A DNA stretch of 62,077 bases from a virus (Duplodnaviria > Caudoviricetes): the IMG/VR virus record IMGVR_UViG_3300029319_000038, positions 1 to 62,077 of that record; one strand, written 5' to 3'. Both the position numbers and the translations under genes were made by a program. The notes under the pieces are model-generated. The model was not told the DNA's origin, made no database searches, and saw nothing but the letters and a program-made list of their open reading frames with translations. Every line of letters starts with the position of its first letter. Within the stretch, counting starts at the first letter, position 1. Positions 1-10,240 of this stretch are shown piece by piece.

Positions 1-1842
1 CAAAAGCTTACTGAAGGTATCGTCGAAAGATCCCTCCAGAGAGAAGGTGCTGCACTTTTAGACAAGTGGGAAGCTACTGGACTTCTTGAGGGTATTGGTA
101 CCGATCATGAAAAGGCGGGTATGGCTCGTCTGTTAGAGAACCAAGCTAGCCAGCTTCTTAAAGAGGCTTCATCTATGGCTGCTGGTGATGTCGAAGGCTT
201 CGCAAGCGTTGCTTTCCCAATTGTCCGTCGTGTTTTTGGTGGACTTCTTGCTAACGATCTCGTTAGCGTCCAGCCAATGAGCCTTCCTTCGGGACTCATT
301 TTCTTCATGGACTTTACTTATAGCGACCAAAGTGATCGCCGGCTTGGTATTGATGCTGGTGATTCTTTATATGGTGGCGGTCGTGTTGCTGCACAAATCA
401 CTGGCGGTGTGAGTGATATCACTGAAGCTGGTGGTGGTATGTACAACCTGGCTAATAATTACTCTTCGGCAACTGGCTCCATTGCGTTAGCTGTTTCGGG
501 TAATGATGCAGATCCTGCTAACACTAGCGATGATGAGATCAACCTCTCTGGTTCGACTGCAAATACTGCATTCTCTGCCGATGGCGCTGCGATTAGTGCT
601 TTAAGCGACGGTCAAAAGAAAGCCATCCGATACGATGCCGACGTGCTTGGTCAAACTGACACAACAGAAGAAATTTTCCAGGTCATTGTTAAGCTTAGCA
701 CGGACAACATGGCAAAGATTAATCTTAGGGCTCTCGGTGGTATTACTGTCTCTACGGATGTCGGTAATACTGATCCTGCAGATTTTGGATTGTCAAATGA
801 AGTGCAATTGCGTCGTTTAACACACTTAGGCTACAAAGATGCAAATGGTGCAGTGGTTGCAAACTCTGAGTTGCAATACATTACGCTTTATTACAAAGCT
901 ACCGCTGGTACTGCAGCTGCAGAAAGCACTCACTTCTTGCATTTTCCTTTGGCTGATGTTCTTGAGAACGCCAATGCGCTTGGTTCCGTTCGCGGTTCGA
1001 ACTTCCCTCTTGAAGGCGCAGGCGATGGATCTGTTGGCACCTTTAATAGTAAAGAAGGCATTGATGAGATTCCAGAGATTGACATCAAGGTTGACTCGAT
1101 CGCCGTTACTGCAGTGACTAAAAAGCTTAAGGCTAAGTGGACTCCAGAGTTAGGACAAGATCTTAACGCTTACCACAACCTTGATGCAGAGGTTGAACTT
1201 ACTCAGATCCTCTCCGAGCAAATTGCTTTAGAGATCGATCGTGAGATTGTTAATGACCTCGTTCAAGGCGCAACAGCTGGTACTTACTACTGGTCGCGTT
1301 CGCCTGGTCTCTTTGTTAACAGAGTTACTGGCGCAGAGCTTGGTGCAACTGCTGCATCGCCTGACTTTACAGGCACTGTTAGCGAGTGGTACGAGACTCT
1401 TGTTGAGACCATTAATGACGTTTCGGCTCAGATCCACAGAAAAACTCTCCGTGGTGGTGCAAACTTCCTGGTGACTTCGCCAGAGGTTGCAAACATCCTT
1501 GAGTTTACTGCTGGTTTCCGCGCAAATGTCACTCATGACTCTGACAAAGGAACTGTCGGTGCTGTTAACGTTGGTTCGCTCTCCCGTAAGTTCGACGTTC
1601 ATGTCGACCCTTACTTCCCACGTAACTTGGTTCTTGTGGGTCGTCAAGGCGGAAGCTTCCTTGAGAGTGGCTTTGTTTACGCTCCATATGTTCCGTTGCA
1701 AGTCACACCAACCATTTTCGGCACAGAGGACTTTGTGCCACGTAAGGGTGTCATGACCCGTTACGCTAAGAAGATGGTCCGTCCTGATATGTACGGTCTT
1801 GTCGTATGTCGCGGACTCTTAGGTGAGTCTGGCGCTAGCTAA
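1..1842 (+). CDS. gp23: Major capsid protein, T4 gp23-like (5'-truncated; frame open from base 1: QKLTEGIVERSLQREGAALLDKWEATGLLEG...)
   Basis: gp23 motifs LLDKW..TGLLEG, FPIVRRVF, VQPMSLPSGLIF, KLKAKWTPELGQDLNAYH, EIDREI, YAPYVPL, RKGVMTRY; the ORF-track ATG at 121 is internal. Confidence 0.95.
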   Translation, partial: QKLTEGIVERSLQREGAALLDKWEATGLLEGIGTDHEKAGMARLLENQASQLLKEASSMAAGDVEGFASVAFPIVRRVFGGLLANDLVSVQPMSLPSGLIFFMDFTYSDQSDRRLGIDAGDSLYGGGRVAAQITGGVSDITEAGGGMYNLANNYSSATGSIALAVSGNDADPANTSDDEINLSGSTANTAFSADGAAISALSDGQKKAIRYDADVLGQTDTTEEIFQVIVKLSTDNMAKINLRALGGITVSTDVGNTDPADFGLSNEVQLRRLTHLGYKDANGAVVANSELQYITLYYKATAGTAAAESTHFLHFPLADVLENANALGSVRGSNFPLEGAGDGSVGTFNSKEGIDEIPEIDIKVDSIAVTAVTKKLKAKWTPELGQDLNAYHNLDAEVELTQILSEQIALEIDREIVNDLVQGATAGTYYWSRSPGLFVNRVTGAELGATAASPDFTGTVSEWYETLVETINDVSAQIHRKTLRGGANFLVTSPEVANILEFTAGFRANVTHDSDKGTVGAVNVGSLSRKFDVHVDPYFPRNLVLVGRQGGSFLESGFVYAPYVPLQVTPTIFGTEDFVPRKGVMTRYAKKMVRPDMYGLVVCRGLLGESGAS

Positions 1843-1861
1843 GCCAACAACTAGCTAAACT

Positions 1862-1897
1862 AACCCCGCTTAGGTCTAACTTAGGCGGGGTTTTTTT
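1862..1897 (+). terminator. Intrinsic terminator after capsid gene
   Basis: CCCCGCTTAGG-TCTAA-CTTAGGCGGGG stem (two G-U pairs) followed by T7. Confidence 0.85.
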
Positions 1898-1921
1898 ATT
1901 TGGAACTTAAAGTATTAAGCT

Positions 1922-1929
1922 ACTATTTA
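1922..1929 (+). promoter_or_regulatory. Late-type promoter motif ACTATTTA
   Basis: Same octamer family recurs in intergenic DNA before virion genes (2456, 2909, 5600, 8769, 10431, 13694). Confidence 0.7.
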
Positions 1930-1972
1930 TTATGATTGATAAGGCTACATGCCTTTTATAAGGAGAAAAAAC

Positions 1973-2386
1973 ATGAGTAAGTTAGGAAGATATAGTGCAG
2001 ATAGAAAAAAGATTGCTACTATTAGTGCTGCTAAAACAGTCACAGTTCCTGAATGTGGCACAGTCTTTATGACTGGAGACATTAATGGAACAATAACTTT
2101 GCCGCTCGTCGCGGACGCGGGTCCAGGCTGGTGGTGCAAGTTTATTTTATCAGCGGATTTGTCCGCAGGGGATGTAGTCATGACCCCTGCTGGCTCAGAT
2201 TCTGTTGAGTTGGTTTCTGCAACCGCTGCTGACGGTGCTGCGATGGACATCGCCGGTACTGGTCAAGTTGAATTTAAAGACGGCGCCGCTAAAAAAGGAG
2301 ACCAAGTTGAGTGGTTAACAGATGGCACTTCTTGGTACGCACTAGGTATGGCAGCTGCAGCCACAGGTATTGATGCCGCGGCGTAA
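1973..2386 (+). CDS. Putative virion (head decoration-like) protein
   Basis: Follows the capsid gene, has its own late motif, AGGAG RBS before ATG 1973, Gly/Ala beta-rich sequence ending TDGTSWY. Confidence 0.5.
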   Translation: MSKLGRYSADRKKIATISAAKTVTVPECGTVFMTGDINGTITLPLVADAGPGWWCKFILSADLSAGDVVMTPAGSDSVELVSATAADGAAMDIAGTGQVEFKDGAAKKGDQVEWLTDGTSWYALGMAAAATGIDAAA

Positions 2387-2416
2387 GCCTTAATTTGAAA
2401 AGTCCTTATCAATACT

Positions 2417-2450
2417 AAGCCCCCTGCTCTTAACAGGGGGCTTTTTATTT
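2417..2450 (+). terminator. Intrinsic terminator
   Basis: AAGCCCCCTG-CTCTTAA-CAGGGGGCTT followed by T-rich run. Confidence 0.85.
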
Positions 2451-2455
2451 TATAT

Positions 2456-2463
2456 ACTATTTA
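2456..2463 (+). promoter_or_regulatory. Late-type promoter motif ACTATTTA
   Basis: Immediately after the terminator, about 25 nt upstream of ATG 2487. Confidence 0.7.
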
Positions 2464-2486
2464 TATTAGTAACTTAGGAGTCCCTC

Positions 2487-2894
2487 ATGGGTAAAAGAAG
2501 AAAGAGACTAACAATGGCAAAATACGCCAAAAAATACGCATCGATTAGAAAGAACTTTGAAAAAATGAAGAATTTAATTGATGATATTGGCGATCAAAAA
2601 ACAATGCAAGCGCAAGAAATCAAGCTGGCTAATGATATTAAAGATGATATTGTTAGTAGTGTTGCAGAGCATATCAATACGGAAGTTGAGACTGGCAATG
2701 CTCAGCTGAAAGCAGAGACCGCAACTTTAGTGAAAGAGGCAGAGCAAAAAATTGAGCAAGTTAAAAAAGCAGCCTCCAAAACAACAGCTGCAGTTAAGAA
2801 ACTGTCCGCAACAACCAAAAAAACCACAGCCAAAAAAACAACTTCTAAAAGAAAAACAACCACTAGAAAGAAGACCGCTTCTGCGAAAGGATAA
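2487..2894 (+). CDS. Basic protein with Lys/Thr/Ala histone-H1-like C-terminal tail
   Basis: AGGAG RBS; tail KKTTAKKTTSKRKTTTRKKTASAKG. Confidence 0.7.
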   Translation: MGKRRKRLTMAKYAKKYASIRKNFEKMKNLIDDIGDQKTMQAQEIKLANDIKDDIVSSVAEHINTEVETGNAQLKAETATLVKEAEQKIEQVKKAASKTTAAVKKLSATTKKTTAKKTTSKRKTTTRKKTASAKG

Positions 2895-2908
2895 AACAAG
2901 CCTAACCA

Positions 2909-2916
2909 ACTAATTA
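2909..2916 (+). promoter_or_regulatory. Late-type promoter motif ACTAATTA
   Basis: Upstream of the neck gene cluster. Confidence 0.65.
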
Positions 2917-2937
2917 TTACATTAGGAGGCTTATTTT

Positions 2938-4227
2938 ATGTCAACACCAACTTTAACTCCAAGCTCGCAAACATCAGCGGTTGTTCTACCTTCAACTGGC
3001 TCGCTTGGAACAGGTGCTGATGGTTCCGAGAATACCGTCCACTACCCTGTTGGTGTTTATGTTACGCCAGGCTCTGATTTATTCGATTCTAATTTCATGA
3101 CCGGAGCATCCGATCAGGTCGCTTACACTTTTAAAAAGCTTGGGGGCGACATATTAGATATCGAGCTGAAAGTTGGCAATATTTATGCTGCTTACGAAGA
3201 AGCGACACTTGAATACTCTTATATTGTTAACATACACCAATCAAAGAATATTCTTCATAGTTCTCTAGGCGCGACGACTGGTACGTTTAATCATGATGGT
3301 CAAAGAACTGATGCACAAAAAACAGATAATGTTGAATTAAAGTATCCTAGATTTAAGATTGGCTATGCGAAGCGTGTGATGGATCAGACAATATCAGAGA
3401 TTGGTCTTGGTGGCACAACGCCAATTTACTCTGCGTCGTTTAACACAACAAAATCAACTCAAGATTATGATCTACAGGCGATTATTGAAGAGCAAGCAGG
3501 CGATACTGATCAAGAGTTTTACAATAAAATCAACAATAAAAGAATTATTGTTAGAAAAGTGTTCTACAAGACACCGCATGCAATGTGGCGCTTTTATGGC
3601 TATTACGGTGGTATGAATGCAGTTGGCAATTTATCGACTTATGGTATGTACGCTGATGATTCAACTTATGAGGTTATCCCGCCTTGGCACAATAAAGCTC
3701 AAGCTATGGCATACGAGGATGCAATATACACCAGAAATTCCCATTATTCTTATGAAATTAAAAATAATAAACTAAGAATATACCCTATGCCTAGCTCTGT
3801 ATCTCCACGTAAAATTTTCTTTGAATTTACGGTGGAAAATGACTCATGGGATACTTTAAACGATAAAGATGAAGGCATGATGGGTGTTAACAATATGAAT
3901 ACGCTGCCTTTAGCAAATATTCCTTACGCAAACATAAATTCAATTGGCAAGCAATGGATCCGTAGGTTTGCTTTGGCACTTTCAAAAGAAACTTTGGGCG
4001 AGGTTAGATCTAAATTTGGCTCAATCCCAATTCCAAACAATAACGTAACTCTTAATGGCACTGCGTTAATATCACAAGGTAGAGAAGAGCAAAAAGCGCT
4101 AAGAGATGAGCTGCAGACAGTGCTTGATGAGTTGACTTATCAAAAAATTAGCGAAGCACAAACTGCAATTGCAAAAACAACTAGCGAATTAGCCAGGTCC
4201 TACCCTTACTTTATTTACGCAGGATAA
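2938..4227 (+). CDS. Neck/head-tail adaptor protein (gp13-like)
   Basis: KLGG..LDIEL N-terminal motif, WIRRFALALSKETLG.VRSKF and LNG.ALI C-terminus; position. Confidence 0.7.
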   Translation: MSTPTLTPSSQTSAVVLPSTGSLGTGADGSENTVHYPVGVYVTPGSDLFDSNFMTGASDQVAYTFKKLGGDILDIELKVGNIYAAYEEATLEYSYIVNIHQSKNILHSSLGATTGTFNHDGQRTDAQKTDNVELKYPRFKIGYAKRVMDQTISEIGLGGTTPIYSASFNTTKSTQDYDLQAIIEEQAGDTDQEFYNKINNKRIIVRKVFYKTPHAMWRFYGYYGGMNAVGNLSTYGMYADDSTYEVIPPWHNKAQAMAYEDAIYTRNSHYSYEIKNNKLRIYPMPSSVSPRKIFFEFTVENDSWDTLNDKDEGMMGVNNMNTLPLANIPYANINSIGKQWIRRFALALSKETLGEVRSKFGSIPIPNNNVTLNGTALISQGREEQKALRDELQTVLDELTYQKISEAQTAIAKTTSELARSYPYFIYAG

Positions 4228-4233
4228 TAATGA

Positions 4234-4728
4234 ATGTCAGATGAGCAAAATAAATGGTCGCAACCAAATCAGCCGCCTCCACCTCTATTCTTAGGTGAAA
4301 AAGAACGTGATTTAGTTAAGCAAGTAAATGATGAGCTTATTGAGAGAGTGATCGGGCAGGCTGTTGCTTATTATGCGGTTGATTTAGAGCATACAAACTT
4401 TCATCCGCTCTACAATGAGGCTGTTGTAAAGACATTCCTGCCTCCAATCAGAGTGCATGCACTGGTCGACTTTAAAGGTGAAGAAGGCAGAACTGATAAA
4501 TACGGAATTGACAAGATAACAAGGATTAATGTGCATTTTCATAAGCGAAGGCTTACAGAAGATCAAGATGTTTTTGTTCGCGAGGGTGATTTCATTGCTT
4601 ATGGCGAGTCTTTCTATGAAATTGTAAAGTTGTCTGAACCAAAAGAAATCTTTGGTCAAGTTGATCGTAGAATAGAAGTTATGGCTGAGTGCATCAAGTC
4701 ACGCGAGGGTTTATTCGATGGCTCATAA
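4234..4728 (+). CDS. Head closure/neck protein (gp14-like)
   Basis: ELIERVIGQ.V.YY, LYNEA, REGDFI..YEI motifs; synteny. Confidence 0.6.
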   Translation: MSDEQNKWSQPNQPPPPLFLGEKERDLVKQVNDELIERVIGQAVAYYAVDLEHTNFHPLYNEAVVKTFLPPIRVHALVDFKGEEGRTDKYGIDKITRINVHFHKRRLTEDQDVFVREGDFIAYGESFYEIVKLSEPKEIFGQVDRRIEVMAECIKSREGLFDGS

Positions 4729-5578
4729 TGATAATCCAAAAAGCGAAGAACATTCCAACAGAGACGTTAACATATTTCGTTCTGATTTAGAAGACATTGA
4801 CACTGCTTTGTTTAATTTTGTAAAGGAAAGCTTGGATATATCCACAAAAACCAACAAAGGATTCAAAAAAGTGCCAGTGATATGGTCATCAGCTGAAAGA
4901 GCGCACAATATTAAGGATGATAATATCGAGAGAGACAAGCAAGGCATGATTATACTGCCGACAATCTCAATTGAAAGATCAAATGTTAAAAAATCAACTG
5001 ATAAGATAGCTGTTCCATACGCTGCTATCGATCCACGTGGCGATCTTAAAGGTGGCTCAATTCAAATAAACAAAGTTATCCAGCAAAAGAAAACCAGTGA
5101 GTTTGCAAACGCTGATGCAATGAGAAGAAGATCACAAGTCAATGCGCCTCTGTATCGACACGGCAATAAAAATGAAAAAATTGTTTTTGAGACAATAACA
5201 ATCCCAATACCAATTTATGTTGAGTTGACATATAAAGTAACTTTAATATCAGAGTATCAAGAACAAATGAATGACATGCTAACTCCGTTTATTCGCGTAT
5301 CAAATGCCCATAGGGTTGCAATCATCGGAACTAATAACAATCAATATGAAGCTTTTATCAACACTGACTATGGAATGACAAACACTGTTACAAACTATGA
5401 ATCTAATGAAAGAAGATATGTAACTGACGTTACAATAGATGTCTTAGGCTATATTATTGGTAACGGGAAAAATGAAGAGCAGCCGCGAATTGTTAGAAGG
5501 GAAAACGCAGTTCAAATTCGCTTTGCAAGAGAGCGAATTATTGTTGATCCAGACGAGGATGGTGAATTTAGATTTTAA
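4718..5578 (+). CDS. Tail terminator/sheath stabiliser (gp15-like)
   Basis: KVPVIW...ER, LP.ISI, P.P.YVELTY motifs; lies just before the sheath. Confidence 0.6.
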   Translation: MAHNDNPKSEEHSNRDVNIFRSDLEDIDTALFNFVKESLDISTKTNKGFKKVPVIWSSAERAHNIKDDNIERDKQGMIILPTISIERSNVKKSTDKIAVPYAAIDPRGDLKGGSIQINKVIQQKKTSEFANADAMRRRSQVNAPLYRHGNKNEKIVFETITIPIPIYVELTYKVTLISEYQEQMNDMLTPFIRVSNAHRVAIIGTNNNQYEAFINTDYGMTNTVTNYESNERRYVTDVTIDVLGYIIGNGKNEEQPRIVRRENAVQIRFARERIIVDPDEDGEFRF

Positions 5579-5599
5579 TGTACTTTCTAACATGCCAAT

Positions 5600-5607
5600 A
5601 CTATTTA
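5600..5607 (+). promoter_or_regulatory. Late-type promoter motif ACTATTTA
   Basis: Intergenic, upstream of the sheath gene. Confidence 0.7.
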
Positions 5608-5664
5608 TAAAAGGAAAAGTTCATATTTTTATTTAGAACTAGCTAGTTTCAAGGAGCATAAGTT

Positions 5665-8600
5665 ATGGCTGTCGATAAGTTTAAGTTTGTTTCACCTGGA
5701 ATTTTTATTGATGAGATCGATGAATCTCAAGTCCCGGTGTTACCTGAAAGAATGGGTCCAGTGGTTATTGGACAATTTCAAAAAGGACCGGCGAATAGAC
5801 CTATTACGGTTCAGTCTTTTAAAGAGATGGTTGAGATCTTTGGCAACCCAACACCAGGCGTGCCTTCTAGAGATGCATGGAGATCGGGTGATCTGCAAGC
5901 GCCAACCTACGCAGCATATGCAGCTCAGGCATGGCTTCGAAACAACTCGCCATGCACAATTATCCGACTCCTTGGAAAAGCGCCGGCAAATGCTGTGGGG
6001 TATGACTTAGGCGCTAAATCTGAAGCCGGCTGGAGAACAGAAAAAGGCTTCAATGATGACATTGCTAACTCTGGTGGCGCTTATGGTCTTTTTATTATAC
6101 CTAACAATCTTACTAGCTCGGAAGGTACCGCTATTGACTTGACAAACGGCGCCGGATTTACCGGTGAAAAAGCACAAGCTGTTAGTGGCACACTAGCAGC
6201 AATTTGGTATGTAAAAAATGGCGCTGTTAGACTCCAAGGCATTCCGGTTCTTAGCGAGACGGGCGACACGACAGCGCGAACTTCCTCGGCAGGACAATGG
6301 ATTCGATCAACAAATCAGGCTTTTACAGTACAAATTCTTAATAATGTTGGAACTGCTGTTAAAAAAGCATCGTTTAACTTTGACAAAGACTCTGACCAGT
6401 TTATTAGAAAAGTTTTTAATACAAATCCAACTGTTGTCAACACAGCAATTACAACGACTGATAGTCAGCAAGTGTATTGGCTTGGTGAAACTTTTGAGAG
6501 AAGTGCAGTTGAAGAAACAGGCATAATGAATAATGACCAAACTCTTGAGCTACACCTTGCTAACGCCAATACCAGCCCCACAGGCGAATGGCTTGGAGTT
6601 ATCTTAGGACTTGATGGTGCTTCTGGTCAAGCAGATTTTGATTGGTGGAATCACCTTCAAAACAACCAGGCAGCTTCGACAGGCTTCTTCTTTTCTCAGG
6701 ATAATAGAGGAGTTACAACAGCTTCTTTTGACCCTGAAAGTCACACTGATAATTTGTTTAAGATTGTTGCCTTAGATTCTGGAGAACATGCAAATAAAGA
6801 TTACAAAATCTCTGTTCAGGACATTAAAGCGCCAAGCGATAACTTTAACGCTTATGGTACTTTTAGTGTTCTTGTTCGAAGTGCTTTCGATACAGACAAC
6901 AATCCGATTGTCTTAGAAAGGTTTAGTAATGTTAATTTAAACCCTGAATCGCAGAATTACATTGCTAGGGTCATTGGCGATCAGACTTTTGAGTTTGATG
7001 CGGCGACAAATGTTCTTAGAACAGTTGGGCTCAACCCCAACAATTCAAAATTAGTTAGAGTCGAGGTTACAGATACAGTTAAAAATGGCGAAGCAGCTGG
7101 GCTGCTTCCTTACGGTGTCTTTGGACCGGCTGTACCAAAAGATTTTACAATTATGTCTGGCACAGCAGCCGGCGCCCTGAGAGACGCAAGGTACGGTGCT
7201 GAGAAAGATCTCGACTATACTGCAGTTGGTGCTGCGGTTAAAGATTATGTTGTTGGCGGTACCGCTTCAGACTTTCCAAGCATAGTGGTGCCAGGACCGC
7301 GCGCTGATGCAACCCCTGGTGGAACTCTAGTTTTTTATAGCACCGGTAGTCATGCAGTAACTTTCCAGCACACTGCCTCAATCTCATGGCCAACAACAAG
7401 ATTAAGATTATCTTCTTCTGATGGTGGTCTAAATAAGCCAAGCCAGGCTTACTTTGGATATCAGTCTAACATTAAAGGCACAAAGCGTTTTGATAGACAA
7501 AATATTGATCTTTTAAGAAGTCAGCCAGCTAACTTTAATGGCACTGGTCCTGCAGCAAAGATCAGTGACGCCACGCAATACCAATATTCCTGGGCGTTTA
7601 CCTTAGATGATGTGAAAATATCTCAGACAGATAGCAGTCATTATCACTATGAAAGAGGCTCTAGGGCGAACGGGTCCTCGCGTACTGCTACAAACGGCTC
7701 TACTGCCATTTTGGATGCTGGTGTAAGTAAATTTACTTCGCCAATGTTTGGTGGTTTTGATGGTTTTGATATTACTGAGAAAGCACCGCTGAGAAACACT
7801 TATTTGTCAACCGGAGGTACGAGCGGCACAGAAACAACAAATTACGCCTACTACACAATCAAAAAAGCAATTGACACGATTGCTGATCCAGAATTTGTTG
7901 AGTTTGATTTGGCTACAATACCAGGTCTAACAAACGGATCATTAAACAACTTGTTAATTGATGCATGTGAAACAAGAAGCGATGCCTTGGCTATTGTTGA
8001 CCTTGAGGGTCTCCATCAGCCGGCTCACGAATCAAACTCTAGTGAAGCAAGCAGAAAAGGTAGTGTTTCAACAACAGTTACAAACTTAAAGAACTTGAAT
8101 ATCAACTCAAGCTACGCATGCACATTCTTCCCGTTTGTGCAGATTAGAGACTTGATTAACGATTCGATTCTGTTTGTACCACCTTCCGTTGTTGCTCTTG
8201 GCACAATGTCATCCTCCCAGCGCCGCTCCGCAGTTTGGTTTGCACCTGCAGGCTTCACTCGTGGCGGCTTAAGCGAGGGTAACGCAGGAATTCCTGTTCT
8301 TGGTGTCCATCAGCGATTAACATCTGATGATCGTGACACTCTATACGATGCAAATATTAACCCGATTGCATCTTTCCCTGCAGAGGGTGTGGTTGTCTTT
8401 GGACAAAAGACATTGCAAGTTACACCATCTGCTCTTGACAGAATCAACGTTAGAAGACTTATGATTTTTGTCAAGAAAGAGATTTCAAGAATCGCCTCGA
8501 CAGTTCTGTTTGATCAAAACGTGCAGTCGACTTGGGATAGATTCGTTGGTCAAGTTAAGCCATTCTTGGATGGCGTTAAAGCAGGTCTTGGTCTTACAGA

Positions 8601-8754
8601 CTTTAAAGTTGTTCTTGATGAGACAACCACAACACCTGACTTGATTGATAGAAACGTTCTTTACGCAAAGATTTTCTTGAAGCCAGCTAAGTCAATTGAA
8701 TTTATTGCTCTTGACTTTATCATTAGTCGAAGTGGCGCTTCTTTTGATGATTAA
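5665..8754 (+). CDS. gp18: Contractile tail sheath protein (large, with insertions)
   Basis: FVSPGIFIDEID N-terminus; WFAPAGFTRG, LY.ANINPI, FGQKTLQ, SALDRINVRRL, KPAKSIEFI C-terminal motifs. Confidence 0.95.
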   Translation: MAVDKFKFVSPGIFIDEIDESQVPVLPERMGPVVIGQFQKGPANRPITVQSFKEMVEIFGNPTPGVPSRDAWRSGDLQAPTYAAYAAQAWLRNNSPCTIIRLLGKAPANAVGYDLGAKSEAGWRTEKGFNDDIANSGGAYGLFIIPNNLTSSEGTAIDLTNGAGFTGEKAQAVSGTLAAIWYVKNGAVRLQGIPVLSETGDTTARTSSAGQWIRSTNQAFTVQILNNVGTAVKKASFNFDKDSDQFIRKVFNTNPTVVNTAITTTDSQQVYWLGETFERSAVEETGIMNNDQTLELHLANANTSPTGEWLGVILGLDGASGQADFDWWNHLQNNQAASTGFFFSQDNRGVTTASFDPESHTDNLFKIVALDSGEHANKDYKISVQDIKAPSDNFNAYGTFSVLVRSAFDTDNNPIVLERFSNVNLNPESQNYIARVIGDQTFEFDAATNVLRTVGLNPNNSKLVRVEVTDTVKNGEAAGLLPYGVFGPAVPKDFTIMSGTAAGALRDARYGAEKDLDYTAVGAAVKDYVVGGTASDFPSIVVPGPRADATPGGTLVFYSTGSHAVTFQHTASISWPTTRLRLSSSDGGLNKPSQAYFGYQSNIKGTKRFDRQNIDLLRSQPANFNGTGPAAKISDATQYQYSWAFTLDDVKISQTDSSHYHYERGSRANGSSRTATNGSTAILDAGVSKFTSPMFGGFDGFDITEKAPLRNTYLSTGGTSGTETTNYAYYTIKKAIDTIADPEFVEFDLATIPGLTNGSLNNLLIDACETRSDALAIVDLEGLHQPAHESNSSEASRKGSVSTTVTNLKNLNINSSYACTFFPFVQIRDLINDSILFVPPSVVALGTMSSSQRRSAVWFAPAGFTRGGLSEGNAGIPVLGVHQRLTSDDRDTLYDANINPIASFPAEGVVVFGQKTLQVTPSALDRINVRRLMIFVKKEISRIASTVLFDQNVQSTWDRFVGQVKPFLDGVKAGLGLTDFKVVLDETTTTPDLIDRNVLYAKIFLKPAKSIEFIALDFIISRSGASFDD

Positions 8755-8768
8755 AAATAATTCTAAAA

Positions 8769-8776
8769 ACTAATTA
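8769..8776 (+). promoter_or_regulatory. Late-type promoter motif ACTAATTA
   Basis: Between sheath and tube genes. Confidence 0.65.
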
Positions 8777-8800
8777 AAATACATTGAGGAGATTAAATTA

Positions 8801-9373
8801 ATGCCATTCTTTACAAATCCAACTTTTCAGCCTAAAAGAAATTTCAGATTTCAAGTTTCTTTTTCAGGATTAGGTGACGACTTAACTTACATGGTCACTA
8901 GTGTTAATAAGCCAGGATTTACTGTTGGCTCTACTGCTCACAGATTTTTAAATCATCAATTTAATTTTCCTAACATTGTAACTTGGGATGATGTTAACGT
9001 CAGCTTTATCGATGCTGTTGATCCAAACGTTGGTTCTACATTCTATCAAGCGCTTTTGAACTCTGGCTATCTTAATCCTTCCACAATTGATCGCTACAAA
9101 GGCGCTCTTACTAAAAGAGCTACAACTGATTCGATTGGCTTGGTAAAGATTCGCCAACTTGATGGTGGCGAGGTGCTCGGAGGCTCTGTCAACTCAGCAG
9201 GCACTCCTACACAGCCGGCAATCATTGATGAGTGGACTTTGATCAACTCAATGATTCTTTCTGTTAAATTTGGTGAAGGAATGAGCTATACTGATGATGG
9301 CATGGTCAATGTTGCAATATCCTTAAAATACGATTACGCAGAATACGCCACAAATCAAGGTACGATCGCATAA
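8801..9373 (+). CDS. gp19: Tail tube protein
   Basis: PKRNFRF, W.DV.VSF.D, EWTL, LKYDYA; follows the sheath. Confidence 0.8.
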   Translation: MPFFTNPTFQPKRNFRFQVSFSGLGDDLTYMVTSVNKPGFTVGSTAHRFLNHQFNFPNIVTWDDVNVSFIDAVDPNVGSTFYQALLNSGYLNPSTIDRYKGALTKRATTDSIGLVKIRQLDGGEVLGGSVNSAGTPTQPAIIDEWTLINSMILSVKFGEGMSYTDDGMVNVAISLKYDYAEYATNQGTIA

Positions 9374-9391
9374 TAAAAAGCAGAGGCTAAA

Positions 9392-10240
9392 ATGAGAAAC
9401 AACAATAAGAGGCTAGCGCAGCCTGAGATTGCGCCTGAGCCTCCTTCTCCCCCTCAACAGGTTGTGGTTCAACCACACACTGTTTTTCCTTATTCTCCAC
9501 CAACAGAACTTGTGGAGCTTCCTTCTAGAGGTGTTTTCTACCCTGAGGATCACCCACTTCACAAAAAAAAGAAGGCTGAGATTAAACTAATGACAGCTCA
9601 AGAGGAAGACATACTTTCCTCAGAAAGTCTTGTTGAAGAGGGCGTTGCTGTAACAAAAATGCTTGAGAGTATTATTGTTGATAAGAACATTGATATAGAT
9701 TCTTTGTTGGCATGTGACCGAGATGCGCTGCTGGTTGCTGCAAGAATAAGTGGGTATGGAGCGCCTTACCAGGCTAAAGTTTCATGCACCCAGTGTTTTG
9801 AAACTACGGATTATGCTTTTGATTTAACCAAAAAAAATATTAATTTTAAGCTGGGAAACAAAAAAGTACTTGCCAAACATAAATTAAAATTTGATGATGA
9901 GAACCAAACGTTAGTTTGTAGTTTGCCCGCTTCAAAAATTGAAGTCGAAATAAGACCTATTACAAACTTTGAAAATGTGTTTAATGCAAGTAACTTTGAA
10001 AATAAGATGATTACTGAATACTTATCAAGTTTAATTGTTAAAGCTGCTGGTTTTGATGATCCGTCTGTAATTAAGTCTTTTGTATATACAATGCCGGCAT
10101 CAGATTCAAAACTGTTAAGGCAAATTGCATTAGATTATTTACCATCTTATGACATTAACCAAGAATTTGTTTGCTCTCATTGTGGACACAAAGAAATAAG
10201 AGAGGTCCCGCTGAATGCGGGGTTTTTTTGGCCTGAATGA
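9392..10240 (+). CDS. Baseplate hub assembly/tail assembly chaperone (gp26-like)
   Basis: VELPSRG.FY, MTAQEEDIL, DRDALLVAAR..GYG, two CxxC motifs, FFWP end. Confidence 0.75.
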   Translation: MRNNNKRLAQPEIAPEPPSPPQQVVVQPHTVFPYSPPTELVELPSRGVFYPEDHPLHKKKKAEIKLMTAQEEDILSSESLVEEGVAVTKMLESIIVDKNIDIDSLLACDRDALLVAARISGYGAPYQAKVSCTQCFETTDYAFDLTKKNINFKLGNKKVLAKHKLKFDDENQTLVCSLPASKIEVEIRPITNFENVFNASNFENKMITEYLSSLIVKAAGFDDPSVIKSFVYTMPASDSKLLRQIALDYLPSYDINQEFVCSHCGHKEIREVPLNAGFFWPE